The notes beneath the pieces are model-generated. The model was not told the DNA's origin, made no database searches, and saw only the letters and a list, made by a program, of their open reading frames with translations. A DNA stretch of 64,000 nt. Origin: Octopus vulgaris (taxonomy: Eukaryota). The stretch's first letter is position 1; each line of letters opens with the position of its first letter. The DNA lies in NCBI GenBank assembly GCA_951406725.2, contig OX597815.1, forward strand, positions 68,014,001 through 68,078,000. The letters run 5' to 3'. This document shows positions 53,571-64,000 of the stretch, in pieces. Position numbers and translations under genes: made by a program.

Positions 53571-55543
53571 CTGTGTAATTGTGTGCACACCAAAAGAGGT
53601 TCATAGACAAGCATCACTGCCATACAAACAGAGTTTTTGTATCCAGGCTTCCATGAAAAACATTGCTTCAAAACAAGGGTTGGCAACAGGAAGGGCATGC
53701 ATCCACAAAAAAATCTGCCTCAATAAAATTCTATCTGACCCATGCAAGTAAGGAAAAGTGTACGGTAACATGATCTTCCAAATGTTGGGCCTGACAGAGA
53801 TGATGACAAGTGACCGAGACTTTTGGCAATGTTGTGCTGAGAAGATTTGTCAAACTATCTAACCCATGCCAGCATGGAAAGTGATTGTTAAATGATAATG
53901 ATGTGCACCTACATTTTAAATTCTGCTTGGCATATTAATTTATGTGCTATAATCATCAGATCACAATATAATTAATGCAAAATAGCCAACAGACCATACT
54001 GAACACGTTAATACAGAGTAAATAGGGGAGTGAAGGTGGTGCGGTGGCAGAATTATTAGGGCATCAAACAAAATGCCTAAGCAGCATTTCTTCCATTTCC
54101 TAATGTTCTGAGTTCAAATCCTGCTGAGATCAACTTTACTTTTCATCCATTTGAGGCTAATAATATACACACCAGTTTAGCACTGGGGTTCCTTCAAAAT
54201 TGCTGGCCTTAAAGACTGCAAGGGGCCAGCATCCCATTCAGGAGAATATTGTGATTCTGGTCATTCATACACCATGGAAACCAAACAACTGGACTTATGA
54301 ACCCTAAGGCCCATGTGGCTGTGTTGTAAGAAGCTTGCTTCCCAACCATGTGGTTCTAGGTTCAGTCTCACTTCATGGCACCTTGGGCAAGTGTTTTCTA
54401 CTATAGCCTCATGCCAACCAAAATCTTGTGAGTGGATTTCATAGACAGAAGCTGAAAGAAGCCTATCGTGTGTGTGTGAGTGTGCATCTTTGTTCTTGTC
54501 TGTTCCCCATTACTGCTTGACAACTAGTGTTGCTCTGTTTATGTTTTTGTAAATTAGCAGTTCGGCAAAAAACAACTGATAGAATAAGTACTAGGCTTAA
54601 AATAAAAATTAGGACTGGGATCGATTTGTTCAACTAAAATTCTTCAAGGCAATGCCCCAGCATAGTCACAATCTGATGACAAACAAGTAAAAGATAAAAG
54701 ATAGTGTAGGAAGCTGACAGAATCATCAGAGCACCAGGAAAAATACCTCGCAGTTACAATTTGAATTCAATTTTCATCAAAGTCAACTTGCCCTTTCAAG
54801 ATTGCTAAAGTACCAGTCAAGTATTGGAGGATCAAACTCAAAACTGCTAAATCTTTTTCATTTTTTTATTATCATATTTTTTTTATTGCCCTAAATCTTT
54901 TTCATTTTTTTTTATTATCATGAAACCTTCAAAAAACTTTATTAGAACATTTAAATACAAAGAAACAGGAGAGTGATGAGAAAGGAAAAGAAAGAAAAAA
55001 GGTGGGGTAAAGCAATGGAAGATGGAGGAGAGGGTGCAATGGGCCACATATCCCAGAACATGTGGAGTGCTCAGTTATGCCCGGCAGTAATGACAGCGAT
55101 GGCACTACTGCAGAGAATGGCCAGTGACACTCACTGCTACAGCCATTCCACCTTGTAGGATTCATTTCTCCAACAGGTCACTCTTGTCCATATTTCACAG
55201 AAGAAAGCAATTAATATAGAATACACAACAGATCGTATTTAGTACATTAATACAATTGCCCACAATGTCACACACTGGTGTGACTGCGTGGGCAAGTGTC
55301 TTCTAATATAGTCCCAGGCAGATCAAAGCTTTTATCAATGGAGATTTAGTGGAGGGAAATATATATATATGTCTGTGTTAGGAACAGCATCCAGCAGTAG
55401 TAACAATGCCAAAGCAGACATTGATTTGTGACAGTCCTCTGTTGGATCTTATCAAACTGTCCAACTCATGCCAGTATGGAAGATGGACATTAAAAGATGA
55501 TCATGATGCAAGAAAAAAAAAAGAGAAAGATATGAATTCTGAC

Positions 55544-55755
55544 CTTTGTCCTGGATAACCTTCAGAGTATTTATTAGTTAAGCATGACCCCAGAGCTTGC
55601 AGAACTGCCTTACTGGTGAAGTTCTCAGATGCAATCATCTCAAGTCCCTGTTTCTGGCGAAGTTTCTCCTGTTTTATAAATTCATACATTTGTGGGTCAT
55701 TCTGACTGATGTCGTCCTGTAAGCACCAACCTTCATAGCCATTTGTGGTAGACAT
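55544..55755 (-). CDS. SHMT1: Cytosolic serine hydroxymethyltransferase, coding exon 1 (whole exon 55544-55784, including 29 nt of 5'UTR)
   Basis: MSTTNG...[35 protein letters not shown]; acceptor ttttcatcttcag| at 55785; donor AG|gtcag at 55543 (phase 2); in-frame TAA and TGA upstream of the ATG. Confidence 0.95.
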
Positions 55756-58203
55756 GTTGATTTAGGGAGCTTGTCAAGGTAAACCTGAAGATGAAAAAAT
55801 ATAATTCAGGGATATTTCAAATCCAGAACAGAAATTAGAACTTACAGCAAAATACTTTTGAAGTTTTCAGTGTGAAAAATTTTCCTAAAGTTCATGAGTG
55901 AGGTAGGTTAGGATGTGTGACAATGTTCTTGGAAGTGTAGCAGGAGGAGGATGACTTACACTTGAGTCAGAGAGTGGAGAAGGTGCACAACTGCCAGAAG
56001 GTGAAGAACTACTGCCCTATATCTGCTGGAAATAGGACAAGGTAGCACTTCCACTGGGAGGTGGAATAGGAAGCATTTCCAATATTCCACATAAACTTGC
56101 CTGGCCAAAGGGAAATGTAAACTTGCTTGAAAACATTAAGGATTCACAACAGCAATGATATTCAGCTGTTGGAAACCTGCCTTGATAAATTTTGTCTGAC
56201 TCATGAAAACTTGGAAAAGTAAACATTAAAGCCATGATGATGATGATATATACATTTATGTAAGTGCTTGTGTGTAGCCTTCTCTTGGCATATGATGGAT
56301 GTAAAATAAGCATGACTATGATCATACAAGTGTTTTCATTTCCACTCTTCTCAGAAAAACATATCTGACCACAGGAAAATATTAACTTGCTTGGCAACAT
56401 GAGCATTCAACCATAGATAATCTACTTCAACAAGTTCCACCTAACCCATGGAAAAGTGAAATTTGATGATGATAATGACAATTCTGAACCCCATAATTAC
56501 TTCTTTCTAATTTTTTTTTTTTCTATCTCTAGTTTCAGCTTGGAGCTGCGGCCATGCTGATGCACCACCGTTTTGCTACACTGTTATTACTAAGAGCCTC
56601 CTCTAATATGTGGCACTTGGTAAAGAATGGAGTTTAATAACCTATTTTATATAACCCTATGTTAATGACCTATTCTATTGCTTTTAATCACACTCCAAAA
56701 GTATTACTCTCACTCCTTGATAACTTATCACACATACACCCCAATCAACCACTTGCTACACAAGTTTCATTCACACATAACCCAGACACCATAAACTAGG
56801 TATAATAATAATAATACATTAATACTATAAATCAGCCTTGAAAATAAGAGACAATAAAGCTAATCTCCTCCTTCAATGACATCAAACTACTACAGATACC
56901 CATACACTCAACTAAAACTTTATCACAATCCTCTGTTGTCAAGGTCTCAACAACAACTGGTTTAGGTCAAAACAAAGTAGTTCTATTCCAAAGATAAACA
57001 AATTCCAACTCTGAAAACATTTTCTAACCTACATGGCTTTCTACAAAGTACAAAACCTCACATAAACCAAGAGGGAGCACACAAACACTCTTAAAGCACA
57101 GAAAAGTGACACTGACAAAAACACATCACTCACTAACTAATGTGTAGGAGCTTCAACATGGTTACATAATCTACTAAATATAGCAACCAAATCTCTTTTG
57201 TATCATATACTTTGTTAAATACAGGACACATCTTTGTCTTTCAAACATAATGCATATTTACTCCCACTGAATTATTCACACATCTCATAGCCTCAAGATT
57301 CTGATGATGTGATTGTTTATTTTTAGAATGGCACAGTAGGGTGGATGTGAGAGACTAGATCTGCCTGTCTGAAAATAAAACAGGTAGAATATTTGAACCA
57401 TATGTGGTTAGTTTAAATTTTTTAAAAAATGGGTTAAATATGCCTGAAAATGGAAACTTTGATCATAAGTGTGCTACATCAGGAGTGACTTTGAGTTAAC
57501 AACACTAATGCACTCTATCTTTGCTTATCTAGAACTACTAAGATAGGATGATAATATTGGAAACCTTTTATCGATAGATCAAGATATGCTAGATCAAAAT
57601 TGACCCAAGGTTCAACACCACCAACAAGGTGTAGTATACTTTCTTGTCTTACAGCTACTACAATGACTCCTGAACCAGGATATCACACCCCACCACCTGA
57701 ACACCAAATTTACCAGCTTTTCTTTTATATCCTTAACCAAACATATTGAGCAGGTTTTATTTCCAGAACTGCAGCCTTCTGGAATTCTCCTTGTAATCAA
57801 GTTTTCCATTTATGTAGTGGTTATCATCAACAGTTTAGAAAGTTTAAAAAGCCAAGGCTACTCTGCCCTTCATATTGCTTCCCAGACTTAAACATTTTTA
57901 CATACTTAACTGTTTGATACTATGAAGTATTCAATTCAATTTTATATTGTTAAAATAGTTTAGATCTGTACCTGTCATCCCCAATGCAGTTTTCTTAATA
58001 ATAATAATGGTTTTAGATTTAGGCACAAGGCCAGCACTTTTGAGGAGAGGGACAAGTCAATTACATTGACCCTAGACCTTGACTGGTACTTTATTTGATC
58101 AACCATAAAAAAAATAAAAGTTGAGCTCAGTGGGGTTTGAACCCAGAACATAAAGAGCTGGAAGAAATGCCCCCAAGAATTTTGTATGAAGTGATTGCGC
58201 CTC

Positions 58204-58290
<87 letters not shown>

Positions 58291-58357
58291 CTTTTCTACT
58301 CTAGGCACAAGGCCCAAAATTTTGGGGGAGGGGGCCAGTGTGTGTGTGTGTGTGTGT

Positions 58358-58642
58358 GGAGGCGCAATGGCCCAGTGGTTAGGGCAGCGGACTCGCAGTC
58401 GTAGGATCGCAGTTTCAATTCCCAGACCTGGCGTTGTGAGTGTTTATTGAGTGAAAACACCTAAAGCCCCACGAGGTTCCAGCAGGGTGTGGTAGCGATC
58501 CCTGATGTACTCTTTCACCACAACATTCTCTCACTCTTTCTTCTATTGGCCTGCTCACTTAGGCTAAAACAATGTGAAGCGCATTGTGACCAGCGATGTG
58601 TAGCAACATCTGATAGCCTGGTCAGTCACGGTGATCACAGTG
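58358..58642 (+). mobile_element. tRNA-headed SINE (distinct family)
   Basis: A box TGGCCCAGTGG, B-box-like GTTTCAATTCC, then unrelated body ending at (AT)n. Confidence 0.7.
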
Positions 58643-60450
58643 ATATATATATATATACATATATACACACACACACATACATACATACATATATATTGTT
58701 TCCAGAATTTTTTTTGAAATTTTTTGGGGGGAAAATGACATAGAAATGTAAACATTTGTGCTGGAAGTTGATGCATTTAATGTCAGAATAGATTTTTCCA
58801 CAAAAAATATAATGAAGTTGACTTTTATTTATGCTGGACAGTATAATGCTTACTTTTTCTGTATAAATTTACGCAAACCATTAAATAGTTAACTACTTTT
58901 TAAAGTTTCACATTCATGCTGGTAATCACAGTCCTGGCCATATTTTACATTGCTTGGAGTTTCTACCTATCGCAATGGAGCCCAGCAATTTCCTTATAGG
59001 ATTAGTTTTTCTCTGATTGCGTTTACCTCCAGAAAGGTAATGCTCACTTTCTGCGCATTAGGACAATGAAATTCATCACCGCTGATACCAGCTCTTACTG
59101 CATCTAACGCCGCCAACAACACCATAATTCATCCTTGTGCATGTAAACTCACAAAGTGAATATGACTTAGCATTCTTACAGAAACCTTCATTTACCTGAA
59201 CCTGAAACCTTGTAATCACAAAGCAAGCTTTTTAACCACACAGCCATGCTTCATAATTGAAGGAAAAATACATAGCAAGTGATTAAAGCATCGTCATCCA
59301 TTTAAAATGTAATCTAATATCACTTGTTTGTCAGATTAATAAGAGGAAAAAAACAAAAACAATGGAAGTAGAACCTGCCTTATCTTAGTTATTTGGTGAT
59401 AGTTATAAATGAAAAGTGTGATTATCATGAGCTCTTCAGGTGAAAGATAAAATAAAAATATATTATTCTTAATCTTGTTCCCCAAGGGCATACTTGTTAT
59501 TTGTGGTATTTAGTTATGGCCCTAGGAGTTCTGAGTTCAAATCCTACCTTTTCACCCTTCCAGCAATTAAGTACTGAAATTTGATTTTCTTTTCTTTTTT
59601 TTTTTTAACAGTGGATGCCACGATCTATATGTCAATGAATTGTGACTGAAGACATCTGAAAGTAGTGCTTAAGAAAGTTTTTATGGCCTAGTTTTAGGCC
59701 ATAAAACAAGGAACATGTGAGGCCTCCTTAATAAATGAGATTTTGATCTGTCTGACATAGATTGTCAATGCACAGAATACACATACATACACACAGAAAC
59801 ATAAATACATATGCTCACACACAAACATAAATACACATGCTCACACAGACATACACTCACACAAATACACACTGACAGACACCAACACACACAAATACAC
59901 ACTGACAGACACCAACACACACAAATACACACCCACATTAAAAACTATTTATTACACTATCTCACCACCACACACACCAACTGTCAATAAACACCTCACC
60001 ACTGCCACAAGGTATCAAAAAGTGTTTTGAGTAGTTTACAATTCTAGCTGCCAACAGTTACAGTTTTTAACCTGTCATATATATATATATCATCGCCACC
60101 TCAACCATCATCAACATAACAAGCTGAATATTTCAAGTTTTATTCTACAGAATAAAATAAAACCCAAGATTTTATTTCAGTTAATAAAGTTATTTTATTT
60201 TTGCATTATTCGTATTACCTACTCACCCTTTTATCTCCCAGGTACATTTCAAGAGAGAAACAAAGAAAAGACAGGATTTGAACATCATTTTTGTTTTGTT
60301 TTTTATAATTATTTTAATTTCTTTATTTTACTGTTACTCTCGACACTGGTGAGTGTAAAAGAGGTTTAATCAATAATACATATACTACTTTTCATTTTTG
60401 GATTTGGTTTGCAAGATTCTTTATATGAGTTCATGTGTTGAAGCATATTC

Positions 60451-60708
60451 TGTTGTGTCTGAGGAGAGTCATTTTCTTTTTGTGCCTTATAATGTAACAC
60501 ACACACACTGGTAAAATTTCCACTTATTTCTTATTTTTATTTTCCTAAAATTTTCGTTGCGTCTTGCAACCATTTCAATAGTCTTCACTAGTTGCAAGAC
60601 GCAACGAAAATTTTAGGAAAATAAAAATAAGAAATAAGTGGAAATTTTACCAGTGAGTGTGTTACATTATAAGGCACAAAAAGAAAATGACTCTCCCCAG
60701 ACATAACA
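60451..60708. repeat. Near-perfect inverted repeat, arms about 118 bp, 20-bp spacer
   Basis: gagtcattttc...ttttcgttgcgtcttgcaac / gttgcaagacgcaacgaaaa...gaaaatgactc. Confidence 0.92.
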
Positions 60709-61507
60709 TATACTACTAACATACTAAAACCTAAAACACAGAAACTATTTAAAAAAAACAACAAAAATAGTAACATCATCATCATCAGTGAACAGTGGCC
60801 ATGCTGGAGGGTCAGACCATGTTTGTAAGGTTAGTCAAACAATTGACCCCATTACTTACATTCAGTCAGGTGCCTGGTCTCTTATCAAATCACTTAATTC
60901 AATGTCCATTTTCCATGCGTTGGATGGTTTGACAGGAGCTGGCAACCTGACAAGCTGCCCAGGTTCCATGTCTATTTTCGTATAGTTTCTACAGGTGGAT
61001 GCCAACCACTTCACAGAGTGTACAGGGTGCTTCTAAGTAGCACTGGCATGGGTGCTTTTATGTGGCACTGGCACAGGTGTTTTTACACAGCACTAGTATG
61101 GGTGCTTTTTACATGGCACCAGCACTCACAAGCCCACAAGATTAGGATCACTCAGCTGAAGAGGGATGTAGGAGACATACCTGTATGCAAGAAGAACCCC
61201 GATTTTACTTAGCTTGACATGTCTTCTTAAGAACAGTAAACTTCTAAAAGTCTTGATCCCTTGTCATCCTCTCTCAACACTTTGTCCCACATCTTCCTAG
61301 GTCTACACACATATATCATCATCTTCTTCAACATTCCCTTTTCTATGCTTGTGTTTTTGATGAGATAGTTTACTGAGGCAGGTTTTCTCTATCTGGGTGC
61401 CCTTGCTGTCATCAACCTTTACATATTTCCAAACAAGACAGAGACACACATTTACAACTATCACACGATGTCAAGATGACACAAACATATACACACACAC
61501 ACAAATA

Positions 61508-62353
61508 TATGTGGTCTAATCAATAACTATCTGGACTGTTGCCATAATAACAAAGCTAAAGCATGCAGAGTGAAGCCACTTGGAACAGATTGACCTTGAA
61601 CTCTGCTGTGCATGTGCACTAAAGTTAGCATTCTAGTTGACTTATGCTATTTACAGCAGTGCTTGGAAGGAAGGTGTGTAACATGAACGTCACATTAACC
61701 TTAACAGAGAAAGATGAACAGAAAATTTGCCAAAAGCTTGGTGATGCTTGCTCAGAGGCCTATGCAAAGTTTTCAAAAAGTTTTCATCGTTCTCGACACA
61801 ATCAAGATTTTGTGCAACTGAAACTCAAGTGTCTTTTTGGTCAGCTGAAAGCAGTTTTGGCACAAACTTGGCAGACACACAACTCATACCCAAATCTTCA
61901 GAGATATGGACTGAACTGAACCATAACTAATTTTACATCCTCTGATAACTCACGGATAGTGATTCGACGATTTCCACTCACAGCTGAACGCACATCTGTG
62001 ATGTTTTTCTCAGTTCTGCTGGTTGCAAGTCTCACAGAATGTTTGTCAATATCAACATTTTTTTCTGGCCTGAACCACTTCTGTGCAGCTCATACACTCC
62101 TCTCCATACACTTTCTGCAACTCTGCGTAGGCCTCTGAGCAGGTATCGTCATGACAACTTTCTCTTGTCATGGTCACTGTGACAATCACATGCTACACAC
62201 CTTCCTTCCAAGCAGTGCAATAAACAGAAGTTAGCCAGAACGTTAAAACTTAGTACAAATGCACAGCAGAGTTCAAGGTCAATCTTTGCCAAGTGGTTTC
62301 ACTCTGAGTGTTACTAAGACAACAGTCTAGATACTTATTGATCAGACCTCATG
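61508..62353 (-). mobile_element. Second copy of the long-inverted-end mariner derivative
   Basis: Collinear with 7431-8262 throughout. Confidence 0.88.
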
Positions 62354-62656
62354 TGTGTGTGTATGTATATATATATATATAATATCTGAAGGAAACAGTT
62401 TTCTTTTTTTTTAATGATATAATGTACTCATTTATCAATTAAAAAATTTATTAGAAACAGCTGTAATGATTTGACACTAAAAAATGTACAAGTCTGAATA
62501 GCTCAAGAGCAGATTATATACTCAGTTGGGTCAAAATGACTGCATACACCACCCGAATATCATTCAGCCAGTACTTCTGTACCAAGGTTGGTATTTATCG
62601 AAAAATTGCTGTGAGTATTCAACTGAATCTTGTTTATATTGTAATATATGTATATA

Positions 62657-63756
62657 TGTCAGGTGAGTAAAAAGTAAGCAATGTTTTGAACCATAGAGAA
62701 TTTGTACCAGATCTTTGCAGAGTTTTTTTTTTTAAACATTTTTTTTGAAATTATCTGATAATACAGACATAGACTTGCCCAAATGCATCAATAAATTAAC
62801 ATTGATATTTTTTTTCACAGTTGTTACAATCATCTGAAATGGAACTGTCAAAGCATGATATTCAAGCAACTTTGCTATTCAACTTCAAAAAGGGATGTAA
62901 AGCAGCTGAAACTGCTCGCGATATCAATGAAACATTTGGTGAGGAAATGGCCAGTGAGTGGTCAGCTAGAAAATGGTTTAAACGTGAACATAGTGGAAGC
63001 CCATCTGTCATCGATAATGGTCAATTAAAGACTGTCATTGAGAAAGATTCACGTGAAACCACTCAAGAACTAGCAAAAAGAACTTCAGATTAGCCAGAAA
63101 ACTGCTTGCAACCATTTGCATGCAATCAGAAAATCAAAACCCCTTGACAGATGGGTACCACACGATTTGAATGAAAATCAGAAAATGCACAGACCAAAAT
63201 GAAGCACCAAAAACCTTCCTTAAACCTGAGCTCTTCAAAAAGAAGGTTATGTTGACTGTTTATTGGTGTACTGCTGGACTCCTCCACTATAACTTCTTAA
63301 AACTGAGAAAAACTATTACTGAAGAAACATTGCCATGAAATTGCCAAAATGAATGAAAAACTGATACTCCTGCATCTCAGACTGGTCAACAGAAGAGGGC
63401 CAATGACAATGCTCAACCACACATTTCACTAATGATGCTCCAGAAGTTGAAGGAACTTGGCTATGAAGTTCTTCCCCACCCAGCTTATTCCCCAGACCTT
63501 TCTCTAACCAACTACCACTTTTTCAAGCACCTTGATGGTTTCCAGCAAGGAGTTCAAAAATCAAACCGATGCTGAAAGTGCATTCAAAGAGTTCATCAGA
63601 ACTCCAGATTTTTGTTACCAGAATAAACAAACTTGTAACTCGTTGGTAAAAATGTGTTGATTGTAATGGTACTTACTTTGATGAATAAAATTTCTGCATT
63701 GTTGAAATATATTTCAAATGTTTCAAAATGTTGCTTACTTTTTACTCAGCCTGATA
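62657..63756 (+). mobile_element. Mariner element with both TIRs and a decayed transposase
   Basis: TIR tcagg(c)tgagtaaaaagtaagcaa at both ends; FKKGCKAAETARDINETFG, WVPHDLNENQK, HPAYSPDL motifs; frameshifted and internally deleted. Confidence 0.93.
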
Positions 63757-63898
63757 TCTCTCTCTCTCTCTCTCTGTATATGTATGTATATATATATATA
63801 TATATATATGCATACACAATTGCAGCATGGAAGGTGTTTATAAGCCATTTAAGAAACTCACAAAAACCATTAGATTCACTTAAACATTTAAATTTAAT

Positions 63899-64000
63899 TT
63901 GCCAAAATATTTTTGTCGCTTTGAGACCGCGACCTGCTCACTGGCAACATTCCGAGCACGGAATTTTGTTAGTGAACAGGTCATGGTCTCAAAGTGACAA
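63899..64000. repeat. Palindrome of two head-to-head hammerhead variants (G3-C8 core), cut by the window edge
   Basis: Minus arm uugcca GUGAGCA g gucgc ggucucaaa gcgac AAAA auau UU uggcaa; plus arm uuguua GUGAACA g gucau ggucucaaa gugac aa. Confidence 0.7.

Noticed and set aside
58358-58430. Possible tRNA gene
   Set aside because: Has A and B boxes but no convincing acceptor stem, and continues into a SINE body
62821-63690. SETMAR-like domesticated gene
   Set aside because: Both TIRs are present and the transposase is frameshifted and deleted: a dead mariner
55785-64000. Upstream non-coding SHMT exon and promoter
   Set aside because: No credible promoter or first exon recognised; the region is repeat-filled and CpG-poor, so the TSS is probably outside the window

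Overview
AT-rich, repeat-dense animal genomic DNA. The SINE/LINE families and long (TA)/(TACA)n tracts suggest an octopus (inference). The only host gene supported is a complete cytosolic-type serine hydroxymethyltransferase (SHMT1-like) on the minus strand: 7 coding exons over about 48.7 kb (55755 to 7018), all introns GT-AG, 1416 nt, 471 aa. Its non-coding first exon was not found and probably lies beyond the right edge. Introns and flanks hold RTE and CR1-type LINE remnants, several SINE families, Tc1/mariner derivatives, a Helitron, MITEs and a decayed Penelope-like element (RT + GIY-YIG). The most notable unexplained signal is about ten type-I hammerhead-ribozyme-like motifs read by eye. 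Two have intact cores and an identical palindromic stem III and lie 546 nt apart (39.2 and 39.8 kb). Three large palindromes are head-to-head minimal hammerheads, two with swapped 3-8 core pairs. One sits in a retrozyme-like 441-nt partial tandem. Every copy on the SHMT-sense strand has a damaged catalytic core. All folds and alignments were done by eye, and repeat boundaries are approximate.
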